Assembly: GCA_963806185.1 (NCBI GenBank)
Contig: CAWDXE010000007.1
Span: 800,001-864,000 of the forward strand
Length of the DNA: 64,000 bases
Reading direction: 5' to 3'
Source: an uncultured candidate division Zixibacteria bacterium
GTDB lineage: Bacteria; Zixibacteria; MSB-5A5; GN15; FEB-12
The position numbers and the translations under genes are program-made. Shown here one piece after another: positions 19,967 to 30,959 of the stretch (position 1 is the stretch's first letter; every line of letters begins with the position of its first letter). The notes beneath the pieces were generated by a model. The model made no database searches and was not told the origin of the DNA. It saw nothing but the letters and a program-made list of their open reading frames with translations.

Positions 19967-21229
19967 GTGACGACCGAAAACGAGGTCAGCGCCGATATCC
20001 GCCGCGAATTCGAACGACAATGGCATGTTTTTTCCCGTCGAACCATCGACCTCCTGCCCGAAAACGAATTCCGCGAGAAACTCCTGAATGCCATACGCGA
20101 TAACAAGCCCTTGCGTGTCAAGCAGGGGTTCGACCCAACCTCTCCGGATATCCACATCGGTCACGCTGTCGGTATCCGCAAACTGCGGGAATTCCAGGAC
20201 TTCGGCCATCAAATCGTCCTCATCATCGGCGACTATACGGCGATGGTGGGCGATCCGTCCGGCCAGTCGGCCACCCGACCGCAGCTCGGCTACGATGAAA
20301 TCATGAAAAACGCCGAGACCTACCAGGCTCAGTTCTTCCACATCCTGGATCGGTCCAAGACCGAGGTCCGGCGCAACGGCGAGTGGTTTGAGAAAATGAA
20401 CTTTCTCGAGATTATGAAACTCGCCTCCAAGTTCACCGTCGCTCGCCTTCTGGAACGTGACGATTTCGCACAGCGAATGAAGAACCTGACCCCTATCTCC
20501 GTGCATGAACTGTTCTATCCGTTGATGCAGGCGTATGACTCCGTCGCTATCCGGGCCGATCTCGAACTCGGCGCCACCGAACAGAAATTCAACCTGCTCG
20601 CCGGTCGCACCATCCAGGAAGCCTACGGCGTTCCACCCCAGTGCATCATGACCCTGCCCATCCTGGTCGGCCTGGACGGGGAGAAGAAGATGTCCAAGTC
20701 GCTCGGCAACTATGTGGGTATCACCGAGTCAAATCGGGAGATCTTTGGGAAGATCATGTCCATCCCGGATGACGTCATTGCCCAGTTTTTTGAACTGGCT
20801 ACCGATCTTTCAACGGAGGAACTGGTCGACATTAAACGGCAGCTTCAGGATCCGTCTGTCAACCCCATGGGTCTGAAGAAGAGTCTCGGCGAGAAAATTG
20901 TCGACATGTATCACCCGAAGGGATCGGGTAGGAGCGCTCGCGAGGAATTCGAGCGCGTCTTCTCCCAGAAACAGCTCCCCGACGATATTCCGGAACTATC
21001 TGCCGGTCAGCTCTCTGGTCTCGGCCTCCGGCCCGACGCTGTTTATCTCGTCGGCCTGATCACCAAGACTGGCATGGCTAAGTCAAACAGCGAGGCCCGG
21101 CAGCTCATTCAGGCCGGGGGAGTCTACCTCGATGACGTCAAAATCGGGGACCCGGCGTTTGAATTTTCCGTAAAAGGCGAGATGATTCTGAAAGTGGGGA
21201 AACGACGCTTTCTCAAAATAAAACCCTGA
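19967..21229 (+). CDS. tyrS: Tyrosine--tRNA ligase
   Basis: GFDPTSPDIHIGH, YPLMQAYD, KMSKS, C-terminal S4 domain. Confidence 0.97.
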   Translation: MTTENEVSADIRREFERQWHVFSRRTIDLLPENEFREKLLNAIRDNKPLRVKQGFDPTSPDIHIGHAVGIRKLREFQDFGHQIVLIIGDYTAMVGDPSGQSATRPQLGYDEIMKNAETYQAQFFHILDRSKTEVRRNGEWFEKMNFLEIMKLASKFTVARLLERDDFAQRMKNLTPISVHELFYPLMQAYDSVAIRADLELGATEQKFNLLAGRTIQEAYGVPPQCIMTLPILVGLDGEKKMSKSLGNYVGITESNREIFGKIMSIPDDVIAQFFELATDLSTEELVDIKRQLQDPSVNPMGLKKSLGEKIVDMYHPKGSGRSAREEFERVFSQKQLPDDIPELSAGQLSGLGLRPDAVYLVGLITKTGMAKSNSEARQLIQAGGVYLDDVKIGDPAFEFSVKGEMILKVGKRRFLKIKP

Positions 21230-21308
21230 TCCCTGCAACTTTCGAACCTGTCTCGCACTATTACATCAGTGATCAGTGTCACTATGAATTGAACGGTTTG
21301 GAGCAAGT

Positions 21309-22943
21309 GTGAATAAGCCCCGTCAGCGCCCTTTGGTATTTGCCGTGTCCGCGATGGCCCTTTGTCTCGTGGCCGTCAGTGCATTCGCGGCCCAATCCAG
21401 ACCAGGCGCCGTCGACACCACTCTGAAGCATCTTCCTACGATCGCCATCAAGGCGCCCGGCGCGCTGATGGACCGACGCGCTTACGATCTGTACGTGACC
21501 GGTATTCTGCAGGAGAACATCGGTGACCTCCCCTCAGCGATTGAAACTTACAAGCTCGCTCTCCAGTACTACCCCGAGTCGTACGAAATCGGCTTCTCGC
21601 TGGCCAACGTACTGGTCAACACTCACCGGCCGGATGATGCCCTTGACATCCTCAAAAGGCTCCTCCCGCGCGACGCCGGTGTCTACGAGTTGTCCGCCAC
21701 CTGCTATCGAATGAAAGGCGACGACCGCTCCGCCATCGACTCCTATCGCAAAGTCATCGCCCTCGACACCACCAACTTCCTCGCCTACAGCGTCCTCGCC
21801 GGCTATTTTCAGGTGGCCGGGGATATCGACTCAACACTCTGGGCCTACGAGCAACTCACCCGTATTCGCCCCGACAACTATCGCGTCTGGTTCGAAATCG
21901 GCCGAGTAAGAGCGCTCAAGCAAGACATCGACGGCGCCAAGAAAGCCCTCAATTTGTCCCTGTCGATCGAGGACGGCCCGGAAAATACCAATACCCTGCA
22001 AGCCCTCGGGGAACTGTATACAGTCGGTCGACAACTGGATTCTGCCGCCCTGATATATAAAGCAGGACTTGAACATGATCGTGCTAATATACAATTGCAC
22101 AATAAGTTAATCGGTGTCTATATTCAGCAGGACTCGCTCGCCCAAGCCCTGCCACATGCGAAGTTCGTCGCTGACATAAACCCGCTCGACAAACCGTCCC
22201 TGCGCCGCCTCGGCATTCTGTATTTCTCTCTTGACTCCATTCCGGCCGCCGATTCGATCTTCACTTCGCTGATTAAGTCGGGTGATGATAGCCCCACTGA
22301 CCTTTACTACATGGGCCGTATTGCCGGGCTCCGCAAGGACTACGACAAAGCCATCGACTACTTTACGAAGCTGACTCAGGCTGCGGATACCGCCATCGGC
22401 AGCTGGTACAGCCTCGGCTATGTCTATCGTGACCTCGGCCAGCGCGACAAGGAAATTGAGACATACCGAACCGGCATCAAACACATGCGTTCAGAAGAAA
22501 ACGCAGTCAATCTCTATTTTGCCCTCGGTGCATCGCAAGAGCAGGCAGGTCAGTTTGATTCGTCGGTGAGTACGTTCGAGGAACTGCTCAAGCACTCCCC
22601 GGACCACAGCCAGGCCCTCAATTACCTCGGTTATATGCTGGCCGATAAGGGAGTCCGCCTCGACTACGCCAAAAGCCTCATAGAACGAGCCGTCGCCCTT
22701 GCCCCCAACACCCCGGCCTTTCTCGATAGCTACGGTTGGGTTCATTTCCGGCTCGGCAATCTCGAAGCCGCTCTCCAATATCTGAATCAAGCCGCGGAGC
22801 TTGACACCGACGTTACGATTTTCGATCATCTGGGCGATGTCTACAATGCCCAGGGAAACATCGAACAAGCACGCCACTGGTGGAATCGGGCCTTGGAAGT
22901 CCAGCCTGACAACGCCGCCATTCGACAGAAACTGGTCCGTTAA
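21309..22943 (+). CDS. Exported tetratricopeptide repeat protein
   Basis: Signal peptide; many TPRs; C-terminal ALNYLGYMLAD...FLDSYGWVHF...IFDHLGDVY. Confidence 0.85.
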   Translation: MNKPRQRPLVFAVSAMALCLVAVSAFAAQSRPGAVDTTLKHLPTIAIKAPGALMDRRAYDLYVTGILQENIGDLPSAIETYKLALQYYPESYEIGFSLANVLVNTHRPDDALDILKRLLPRDAGVYELSATCYRMKGDDRSAIDSYRKVIALDTTNFLAYSVLAGYFQVAGDIDSTLWAYEQLTRIRPDNYRVWFEIGRVRALKQDIDGAKKALNLSLSIEDGPENTNTLQALGELYTVGRQLDSAALIYKAGLEHDRANIQLHNKLIGVYIQQDSLAQALPHAKFVADINPLDKPSLRRLGILYFSLDSIPAADSIFTSLIKSGDDSPTDLYYMGRIAGLRKDYDKAIDYFTKLTQAADTAIGSWYSLGYVYRDLGQRDKEIETYRTGIKHMRSEENAVNLYFALGASQEQAGQFDSSVSTFEELLKHSPDHSQALNYLGYMLADKGVRLDYAKSLIERAVALAPNTPAFLDSYGWVHFRLGNLEAALQYLNQAAELDTDVTIFDHLGDVYNAQGNIEQARHWWNRALEVQPDNAAIRQKLVR

Positions 22944-22947
22944 TTCC

Positions 22948-24618
22948 GTGAACTTTCGATCGCTTCTCGGCTGGCTCACAATCCTACCGATAGTGTGTGT
23001 CCTGTCCTGTGCCGAAGTTGCTCCCCCCCCGGGAGGAGAAATCGACAAGAAAGGCCCCATCATTCTTGGCACGACGCCGGCCAGCGGCTCGGTCAACGTG
23101 GCACCGACCGACAAAATCGTAATCTCATTTTCCGAACCGGTTCAGCGTCCGACCGGCGGACAAACGCTCTTTCTCTCACCGCGCCAGACACAACCACCAA
23201 AAGTCCACTGGAAATCAGATCGTATCGAAATCGAACTGAGCGACACCCTTGCCCCCAACCAAACCTACATCCTCTCGCTCAGCGCCAATATCACCGATCT
23301 GCGAAATAACAAGGTCGACTCCCTGGCTCCTATCGCCTTTTCCACCGGCCCCGCGCTCGACACCGGTGTCATCACGGGTGACGTCCTCGAACAGCGCGCC
23401 GGCGTCGGCGGTATCGTGATCGCCCTCTTTGACTCGTTGCCCCCGGATGGCCAACCGTACGATTCGACCTTTCCGCAATACCTCACCTCGTCCGGCAGCG
23501 ATGGCCGCTTCACCTTCCGGTATCTTCCGTCGCGCAGTTTCTACCTGATCGCTTTCCAGGACAAGAATAACAACGGTCTCTTCAACCCGTCTTCTGAACG
23601 CTTTGCCGTTCCTGATCGGTCCGTTTCACTGGGTGATTCCATCGGCGTCCCGAACCTGCACCTTCAACTGGCCCCGGCCTTTCCGCCTTCGGCCATTCAG
23701 GATGCTTCATTCTCAGTCGACGGCATGGTGCGCCTTCGCTTCGTCGGTCCCATAATTCCGAAGTTCATCAGCCGTCATCCGTCCGGTGCTCGCATCTGGT
23801 TGCGCAGCGACTCAGCCAAAACATACTCCGGCCTGGCTATAGCCCAGGCGCCTGAGGACACCACTCGCGTCCTCGATCTCTGGCTCGGTCCAGTCGACAC
23901 CGGCGCCTACGTTGGCTCCATTCAACTGGACTCACTCGCCAATCCTATGGCCATCGACACCTTTGAGGTAAAGACGGGGGAGGACAAGACCCCGCCGCGA
24001 ATAACAGCGACCAGTCCTGCCGCCGGCAGCCACTTTCGAGATCAGATTCTGCTGACCTTCGCCTTTTCCGAGCCTATCGATACCGCCCGGCTTCAGCCGA
24101 GCACCTTCACGCTGATCGCCTCGCCGGCCGACACCATTCCGCTGACTCGCACCTGGTCCGACCTTATGCATCTGCACCTAACGCCGGGTTCTTTGGCTAC
24201 GGGCATGAGCTATACTCTGACGGCTTCCGCACCCGACATTCTTGATCTCCATGGCACCCCTGTCGGCGATTCCGTGCGCGTCTATACTTTTTCCACGCTT
24301 GATCCGGACTCCGTTGGCACTGCCGTTGGAACAGTGACGCTGGCTTCGGACGTATCTCCAAACGCGGTCAAACTCAGCTTCGTCCGCCTGCCCGACCAGC
24401 ACCCTTTTGCACTCTCGCTCAGCGACTCCAAATTCTCCCTTTCTCTGCCGGCCGGGAAGTACCTCCTCTCGGGCTACATCGATCGTGACAGCGACGGAAC
24501 CCTCTCCAGAGGCTCGGTCCAGCCGTATCGCTATGCCGAAACGGCCGCCCTCTACCCGGACACGATCGCCGTTCGTGCCCGCTTCGAAACTACAGGCATC
24601 AACTTCGAAATTCGGTGA
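22948..24618 (+). CDS. Ig-like (Big_5) domain lipoprotein
   Basis: Lipobox VLSC followed by AEVAPPPGGEIDKKGP; two FSEP Ig-like domains. Start placed at GTG 22948 (ORF open from 22801). Confidence 0.75.
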   Translation: MNFRSLLGWLTILPIVCVLSCAEVAPPPGGEIDKKGPIILGTTPASGSVNVAPTDKIVISFSEPVQRPTGGQTLFLSPRQTQPPKVHWKSDRIEIELSDTLAPNQTYILSLSANITDLRNNKVDSLAPIAFSTGPALDTGVITGDVLEQRAGVGGIVIALFDSLPPDGQPYDSTFPQYLTSSGSDGRFTFRYLPSRSFYLIAFQDKNNNGLFNPSSERFAVPDRSVSLGDSIGVPNLHLQLAPAFPPSAIQDASFSVDGMVRLRFVGPIIPKFISRHPSGARIWLRSDSAKTYSGLAIAQAPEDTTRVLDLWLGPVDTGAYVGSIQLDSLANPMAIDTFEVKTGEDKTPPRITATSPAAGSHFRDQILLTFAFSEPIDTARLQPSTFTLIASPADTIPLTRTWSDLMHLHLTPGSLATGMSYTLTASAPDILDLHGTPVGDSVRVYTFSTLDPDSVGTAVGTVTLASDVSPNAVKLSFVRLPDQHPFALSLSDSKFSLSLPAGKYLLSGYIDRDSDGTLSRGSVQPYRYAETAALYPDTIAVRARFETTGINFEIR

Positions 24619-24624
24619 ACTCTT

Positions 24625-25722
24625 ATGCACAAGTTCCTCTCGCAGATTCCGGTAACTGAAGGCTGGCAGGAATTGATTGGCCTCGCCATCATCGTCGTCG
24701 GCACCCTGATTGCCGCCGCCGTCGTGCGCATCATCCTGTTTACCATCATTGGTCATTACACCAAACGTACCAAAACCGACCTCGACGACGCCCTCTTCGC
24801 TGCTACCCGCAAGCAGATCTACCTGCTCATTTACGTGTTCGGCCTGAGCGTATTGTTCAATTATCTGCAATCGATACACGAGGAATCACTCGGCGCCAAA
24901 CTGTTCGAGATCTGCGATCGGGTCATTTTTGCCCTCGGCGTCCTGGTCGTTGCCTTTACGATCGTACGCATCGCTCACACTTTCCTGCACTGGTACGGAC
25001 GGACCGTTGCCTCCAGAACCGAATCTACACTGGACGATGAATTCGTCCCCCTGCTCGACCGCGTCGTGAAAATCATCGTCTTTTCCCTGGCGATTCTCAT
25101 CGTCCTCGACCATTTCCATGTCGACGTAAAGGGCTTGATCGCCGTATTGGGCGTCGGTTCCCTGGCCATTGCCCTCGCCGCTCAGGACACGATCGCCAAT
25201 ATGATCGCCGGCTTCGTCATCATGATCGACCGTCCCTTTCGCGTGGGGGATAGGCTGCGCCTTCCCGACGGCACGGTCTGTATTGTCAACCAGATCGGCC
25301 TCCGCTCCACGCGCATGCTGACCTTTGAAAACACGTTCATCATTTCGCCCAACGCCGAACTGACCAAAACGACAATTCACAACCTGAGCTACCCGTCGCC
25401 CGAGATTCGCGTCGACGTTAAGTTCGATATCGGTTACCAGTCCGATATCCCGCACGCCCGCCAGATCATGCTCGACGAGGCCCAGCACCACCCGAAGGTA
25501 CTCAAGGATCCCAAACCGACTTTTGCCCTCAACAAGTTTAAGGACAGCGCCATTGAGGTTGCCCTGTATGCTCGCGTCGGCGACGTGGCCGATCAGTTTC
25601 AGACCAACCAGGACCTCGCCGAACGAATCCTCAACCGCTTCCGGACTGAGAAAATCGAAATCCCCCTCCCACAGCGCGTGGTTCACCTCGTGGACAATCG
25701 CCAGACCGACCGGCAGCCATAA
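24625..25722 (+). CDS. MscS family mechanosensitive channel
   Basis: GVGSLAIALAAQDTIANMIAG, DRPFRVGD, IGLRST, IPLPQR. Confidence 0.93.
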   Translation: MHKFLSQIPVTEGWQELIGLAIIVVGTLIAAAVVRIILFTIIGHYTKRTKTDLDDALFAATRKQIYLLIYVFGLSVLFNYLQSIHEESLGAKLFEICDRVIFALGVLVVAFTIVRIAHTFLHWYGRTVASRTESTLDDEFVPLLDRVVKIIVFSLAILIVLDHFHVDVKGLIAVLGVGSLAIALAAQDTIANMIAGFVIMIDRPFRVGDRLRLPDGTVCIVNQIGLRSTRMLTFENTFIISPNAELTKTTIHNLSYPSPEIRVDVKFDIGYQSDIPHARQIMLDEAQHHPKVLKDPKPTFALNKFKDSAIEVALYARVGDVADQFQTNQDLAERILNRFRTEKIEIPLPQRVVHLVDNRQTDRQP

Positions 25723-25751
25723 AAAAACCGGCGATCGTTCGACCGCCGGTT
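25721..25751 (-). terminator. Intrinsic terminator between convergent mscS and ompA genes
   Basis: Stem ACCGGCG / CGCCGGT with an A7 run on the plus strand (U-tract on the minus strand). Confidence 0.7.
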
Positions 25752-25774
25752 CGTTGCGAGTCAGTAGGCAACTC

Positions 25775-26413
25775 CTAGTTGGTTATTTGAGTCCGCTCCG
25801 CCGCCGGTTGCTGATCCGGAGTCGGAATTCCCCACACGACCAGGGTCACGCGCCGGTTCTTGGCTCCGGCATTGCTCTGATCGGTCATCTCCGCCTTGCG
25901 GCTTTCCCCGTGCGAAATGCTGAACAGCCGATAGAGCGCGACACCGTACTTCTCATTGAGATACAGCTTCGCCGCATCCGCTCGCCGTCCGCCCAGGACC
26001 AGATTGTACGCCGCCGGGCCGGTCTTGTCCGTGTATCCCCCGATCTCCATGATCGAGGACTTGTTGGCTTCCAACGCTTGACCGCCCTCGTCGAGCACTG
26101 ATTGCGCCTCTCCGGTCAATTCGAATGAATCAAAATTGAAATTGATCTCGCCCTGCCATAGAATCTGATAATTCTCGAACCCGGCCGCCTTATTGACCGC
26201 CAGATCAGCCTTCTTGTCCAATTCGGTCGCCAGTTGCTGAAGACGCGCAACGTCGGCGGCCGTCATATCCTGCTTGGATGACATGTCGGAAAGGCGGGTA
26301 CTCGTGCGAGCTTCCGAGGCCGCAATCTCCTGAGCGACAAAATCCTTCTTCACACCGCAGCCGGCCATCATCACGGTCAGGCCAAGCAGTGTGATTGCCC
26401 AAAAGTTTCTCAT
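25775..26413 (-). CDS. OmpA-family lipoprotein
   Basis: Lipobox MAGC; FNFDSFEL, GYTDKTG...YNLVLGGRRA, SHGE, NRRV. Confidence 0.88.
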   Translation of the reverse strand: MRNFWAITLLGLTVMMAGCGVKKDFVAQEIAASEARTSTRLSDMSSKQDMTAADVARLQQLATELDKKADLAVNKAAGFENYQILWQGEINFNFDSFELTGEAQSVLDEGGQALEANKSSIMEIGGYTDKTGPAAYNLVLGGRRADAAKLYLNEKYGVALYRLFSISHGESRKAEMTDQSNAGAKNRRVTLVVWGIPTPDQQPAAERTQITN

Positions 26414-26513
26414 TTCGGTCCGTCCTTTCATTTCCAAAAGTGGAAGGTCATTCCCTTATACAGCCAACTGCCTGCTGGTTTCCGCCTAAAAACCCGCCCC
26501 AGCGGCCAATTCG

Positions 26514-27341
26514 CTATTGCTTGATCCCGCCGGCCATGATGCCGGAGACGATCTGACGCTGTCCGATGATGAATAACACGAGAATCGGTAGCACGGCCAG
26601 ACTTGAACCGGCCATGAGATGCTGCCAGTCGATGGCTTGGTGTCCCTGAAGCATCGCCAGCGCCACCGGCAATGTGCGCAGCGAATCACTCGATGTCAAG
26701 ATGTAAGGGAAGAGGAAGGAATTCCAGTTGGTGACAAACACCTGTATCGCCAGCACGGCAATGGCCGGCTTGCACAACGGCATCACGATACGAAACACTA
26801 TCGTGTACTCCCCGGCCCCGTCCACCCGCGCCGCCTCTTCCAACGATGTAGGAATCGCCTCCACGTACTGCTTGATCAGAAAGATGCCGATCGGGTTAAC
26901 CAACCACGGGATAATCAGCGCCCAGTACGAATCATAAATGCCCGCCTTGATACACATCAAATACAGCGGTATGATCACGATGTGCGCCGGTATCATGAGT
27001 ACGATTACCACCGACGCGAACAGGATCTTGTTGCCGATCGAGCGGTACCGCGCCAGCCCATACCCCACCATGAAGCAGAAGAGAATATTCCCGGCGGTTA
27101 CCACCAACCCCACGAACAGCGAATTGAATAGATACCGACCGACATTCCCGTCGCGCCACAAATCGACAAAGCTCTGCAGCGTCACCGAGCCCATGAACAT
27201 CTCACGTACGCCGGTAGCCGAGCCCGCCGGCATAAGCGACACCCGAAGCATCCACAAAAGAGGGAGGACCATCGCCAGCAGTATCGTCGTTAACACAACG
27301 TACCTGATCAGGCGAATGACCCGGCCTTCCCGACTTACCAT
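26514..27341 (-). CDS. Carbohydrate ABC transporter permease (MalG-like)
   Basis: EAA loop IPTSLEEAARVDGAG; WNSFLFP; TLPVAL. Confidence 0.92.
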   Translation of the reverse strand: MVSREGRVIRLIRYVVLTTILLAMVLPLLWMLRVSLMPAGSATGVREMFMGSVTLQSFVDLWRDGNVGRYLFNSLFVGLVVTAGNILFCFMVGYGLARYRSIGNKILFASVVIVLMIPAHIVIIPLYLMCIKAGIYDSYWALIIPWLVNPIGIFLIKQYVEAIPTSLEEAARVDGAGEYTIVFRIVMPLCKPAIAVLAIQVFVTNWNSFLFPYILTSSDSLRTLPVALAMLQGHQAIDWQHLMAGSSLAVLPILVLFIIGQRQIVSGIMAGGIKQ

Positions 27342-28204
27342 ATGGACTCCCTCCGCCGCAGCAGCGCAAACTGCGCTATCGATATCACCGCCACCAGCAA
27401 AAAGAGCGACCAGGCAATCGCCGACGCATACCCGAATTTGAAATTGGTCGTCAACCCCGTGTCGTACATATAGTACACCACGGTCGCCGTCTCATACTTC
27501 CCCTTGGTCATCACGAAAATCTCGACAAATACCTGGAACGACTTGATCGAGTTGACCACGATGATAAACAGCGCCACCGGCCGCAGTAGCGGCAGGGTAA
27601 TCGACCGAAATTGCCGCCACCACGAAGCTCCCACGATCTCCGCCGACTCGTACAACTCTTCCGGTATCGCCTTCAATCCGGCCAGGAAGATCAGCATGTA
27701 ATACCCGACCGACATCCAGATATCCATCGCCATGATTGAATACAAGGCCGTCCGATTGTCATAGAGAAATCCGTACTGCGGGGGAGTGAACCCGGCCATC
27801 TCCGCCAGCATCGCCACATACCCGCCGCGCTCATACAAATTCGTAAAGATGAGCGCGATCACCACCATCGAGGTGATCCAGGGAAGAAAGAACCCCGCCC
27901 GAAACAACCCGCGCCCCGGAAATTCATGATTTACCAGCAACGCCAGAAGCAGCGCTATAATCGTTGTGACCGGAATCGTGCCAAGCACGAACACAAACGT
28001 GTTTTTCAATGAAGACAGAAACGCCGGATCGTCAAGCAGGGCACGGTAATTGTCCAAACCCACCCAATGCGTCTCGTGGGTCAGCAATTGACCGTCGGTA
28101 AACCCCATGTACAGGGAATAACTGAGCGGGAAAATCCAGAAAAAGAGAAACGTCAACAGCCACGGTGAAACCAGCGTCAGAGAAATCCAGCGCCCCGTTT
28201 TCAT
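27335..28204 (-). CDS. Carbohydrate ABC transporter permease (MalF/UgpA-like)
   Basis: WVGLDNY, IPEELYESAEIVGAS, FGYASA. Confidence 0.92.
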   Translation of the reverse strand: MKTGRWISLTLVSPWLLTFLFFWIFPLSYSLYMGFTDGQLLTHETHWVGLDNYRALLDDPAFLSSLKNTFVFVLGTIPVTTIIALLLALLVNHEFPGRGLFRAGFFLPWITSMVVIALIFTNLYERGGYVAMLAEMAGFTPPQYGFLYDNRTALYSIMAMDIWMSVGYYMLIFLAGLKAIPEELYESAEIVGASWWRQFRSITLPLLRPVALFIIVVNSIKSFQVFVEIFVMTKGKYETATVVYYMYDTGLTTNFKFGYASAIAWSLFLLVAVISIAQFALLRRRESIW

Positions 28205-29412
28205 GGCTTTTTCAGTTTTGCGATCTCTATCTGCGCCTGGTGAAGGGCCTCGCTCGCGAGGCCGTCGTTGAAGACCACTTCTTCAACCGCCTTCTCGAGA
28301 ATATCTTCGATCGCCGGCCATTGCGGCGTCACCGGCGGATATTTGGCGCTTTTAATCTGTTTGATAAACGTCACCAGATGCGGGTCTCCTGCGAAAAACG
28401 GATCCTTCTGCGCCTCCAGACTCGATGGGTTCGCCGAATAATTCGCCCGGCAAAAACGCACCTGATTGGCCGGCTTGGTCATGAAGGCGATGAACTTCAG
28501 CGCCTCCTCTTTATACTGCGACTTCGCATTGACCGCCAGGAATTCACCGCCCATGAATGACAGCCCGGGCCCCTTCGATCCGGGAATCAGCGACGACATC
28601 AGGTTGAATTTCCGCTTCTCGTTTGCGATCCGCTTCAGTAGCCAATCACCGGAAATGATGAACCCGACCTTGCCGTCCAGAAAGGCATCTTCGATACCGC
28701 GTTGCGTCGCCACATATCCGGTCGAATCATGCAATGCCTTGTAGTAATTCAACGCGTCAATGGCATAATAGGACGATACCACGCAATACTTGCCGTCATC
28801 CGTGAATATATCGCTGCCCGATGACCAGAAAAACGGGAGATACTTCTTATAGAGCCGGTGTTTCTCGGCCGTATTGGACCCCCAGCCGAACAATGCCTTG
28901 CGATCGAGCAGGCGAATCCTGTACGCCGCCCCCAGCAAATCCATCGCCGTCGTCGGCACCCATTCCTGGCCGAATCCGGCTTTGGCCATCAGATCCCTGT
29001 TGCCGAACAGCACGCGCGTCCCCAGTATCCACGGCCAGGCGTACACCTTCCCCTGGTACGTCGCCATGCCCCACCCTTCAAATTGAGCGCTGTCGTGTGC
29101 TATTGCCGATGATATATCCAGCAACTGGTCATTCGCCGCAAACTGCGCCATCCAGTCGGATCCCATTTCGAACACATCCGGTCCGGTACCCGCCGAAAAC
29201 GATATCACCAGTTTCTCCTGGCCGTTTGCCCAGGTCAGGTCGGTAATCTTTACGGTGATGTCAGGATTGGCCGCCTCGAACTCCTTCACCAGGGAGTCTA
29301 TGGTCGGCTTGATTTCGGGATCGGTCCAGAACTGCCACCATTCCAGAGTCGTCGTCGCCTGAGCCGCTCCGGTCAACATGAGTAGTAGCAGAAATATGCG
29401 CACCAGATTCAT
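28201..29412 (-). CDS. Sugar ABC transporter solute-binding protein
   Basis: Signal peptide; FEAANPDITVK, AGTGPDV, YQGKVYAWPW, FLDGKVG. Confidence 0.88.
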   Translation of the reverse strand: MNLVRIFLLLLMLTGAAQATTTLEWWQFWTDPEIKPTIDSLVKEFEAANPDITVKITDLTWANGQEKLVISFSAGTGPDVFEMGSDWMAQFAANDQLLDISSAIAHDSAQFEGWGMATYQGKVYAWPWILGTRVLFGNRDLMAKAGFGQEWVPTTAMDLLGAAYRIRLLDRKALFGWGSNTAEKHRLYKKYLPFFWSSGSDIFTDDGKYCVVSSYYAIDALNYYKALHDSTGYVATQRGIEDAFLDGKVGFIISGDWLLKRIANEKRKFNLMSSLIPGSKGPGLSFMGGEFLAVNAKSQYKEEALKFIAFMTKPANQVRFCRANYSANPSSLEAQKDPFFAGDPHLVTFIKQIKSAKYPPVTPQWPAIEDILEKAVEEVVFNDGLASEALHQAQIEIAKLKKP

Positions 29413-29527
29413 GATCAATTTCCTATGTGTCAGCGGTTGTTGCGCCAATATATCGCCGCTCGACAGCCGGTCAACAATAAATCTTTTTGTTGCCCCTGAC
29501 TCGGCGCTTTCTCAATCTTGTTCGTGG

Positions 29528-30337
29528 ATGCTGATACTCTTGATTCCCATCCTCATACAGACCGAACCGGCCTGGTTTGATCAGGGCAAACTTGTCGTAC
29601 TGCTCGCCGCCCTTATCTCGACCGCCATCGTCTTGTACACCACCTTCCACCGGGCCAGCCGGGATCGCTTCAAAGTCCGTCAGATTTCCGGTCTCAAAGC
29701 GGTTGAGGAGGCCATCGGCCGAGCCACCGAAATGGCCCGCCCGGTCGTTTTCACACCGGGATGGGGGGGAGATATCCAGCGCCCAACCACCATCGCTTCG
29801 CTCAATATCCTGGCCTACGTCGCCGAGAAGACTGCTCAATACGATTGCGCCCTCATCTTTCCCACCCATGATCCGGTCATCATGACCGTCGCGCAGGAGG
29901 TGGCCCGGGAAAGCTACGCCCGCTCCGGCTTCGCCGATCGATTTCACGAGGAGAATTATCAATACGTTTCCTCGTCGCAATTCGGCTACGCCGCCGCCGT
30001 CGAGGGTATCATCAGTCGCCAGAAACCCGCCTCGGTGTTTCTATTGGGCACCTTCGAGGCTGAGTCGCTCATTCTCGCCGAGACCGGCAACGCCGTCGGC
30101 GCCATCCAGATCGCGGGCACCGATTCCACCATCCAACTTGCCTTTTTTATCGTCGCCTGCGATTACACGTTGATCGGCGAGGAATTGTTCGCCGCCTCCG
30201 GTTACCTCTCCGGTGACCGCTCCATCCTGGCCTCCGTCCGCGCTCAGGATATTCTCAAAGTCATCCTGATCGGGCTGCTGCTTCTCGCTTCGATCTGGGC
30301 GTCGATTAATCCGTCTGCTACCTGGTGGAAAATCTGA
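29528..30337 (+). CDS. DUF6754 domain membrane protein
   Basis: RQISGLKAVEEAIGRATEMARP, QFGYAA, AESLILAETG, IQIAGT, DYTLIGEELFAASGYL. Family assignment is from recalled motifs. Confidence 0.75.
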   Translation: MLILLIPILIQTEPAWFDQGKLVVLLAALISTAIVLYTTFHRASRDRFKVRQISGLKAVEEAIGRATEMARPVVFTPGWGGDIQRPTTIASLNILAYVAEKTAQYDCALIFPTHDPVIMTVAQEVARESYARSGFADRFHEENYQYVSSSQFGYAAAVEGIISRQKPASVFLLGTFEAESLILAETGNAVGAIQIAGTDSTIQLAFFIVACDYTLIGEELFAASGYLSGDRSILASVRAQDILKVILIGLLLLASIWASINPSATWWKI

Positions 30338-30959
30338 TGAATCGCCGCCTCGCTCAGCTTGCCTGCGGCGCCTTCGGCGTCATCCTGTTCTTGCTCTACT
30401 TTTCCCGGCACCCGGTCGCCCGCTCGATGTATCAGACGATTCTCGACGATTACTGGCAAATCATTGCCGCTTTCGCCCTCGTCGTCGGCGTCGTCAGTTA
30501 CTTGAAAATCAGTCTGGTCGGCATACAACGAAACGATCAGCGCTTCTTCCGCATCGTCGGGCTTCTCGGTCTGTTTGCCATGCCGGTCTTTGCCGCACTC
30601 TGGGGCATTCAGGGCGGCACCCCGTTCATGTGGACGTTCGAGAATATCCAGGTGCCGATTCAATCGACCGTCTTTGCCCTGCTCGCCTTCTTCGTTGCTT
30701 CTGCTTCCTATCGCGGCTTCCGCGCCCGCTCCTTGCCGGCGACTGTGTTGCTGATCGCCGCGCTCTTACTCCTGCTAACCCGGTCGAATATCGGCGGCTC
30801 CGGCTTCGCCTGGCTCGGTGACTTCACCGACTGGCTGCGAAACTATCCGTCAATGTCCGCCCGTCGCGCCATCCTGATCGGCATCGGCCTCGGCTCGCTC
30901 ACCACGTCGTTGCGCGTGATATTGGGTATCGAACGGAATTGGCTGGGGGGAGTCGATGA
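30337..30959 (+). CDS. Uncharacterised multi-pass membrane protein of the DUF6754 operon (as assembled it reads on to 31083)
   Basis: STVFALLAFFVASASYRGFRARS and RAILIGIGLG...LRVILGIER. One extra G in the G6 run at 30945-30950 would end it in an ATGA overlap with the next gene. Confidence 0.7.
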
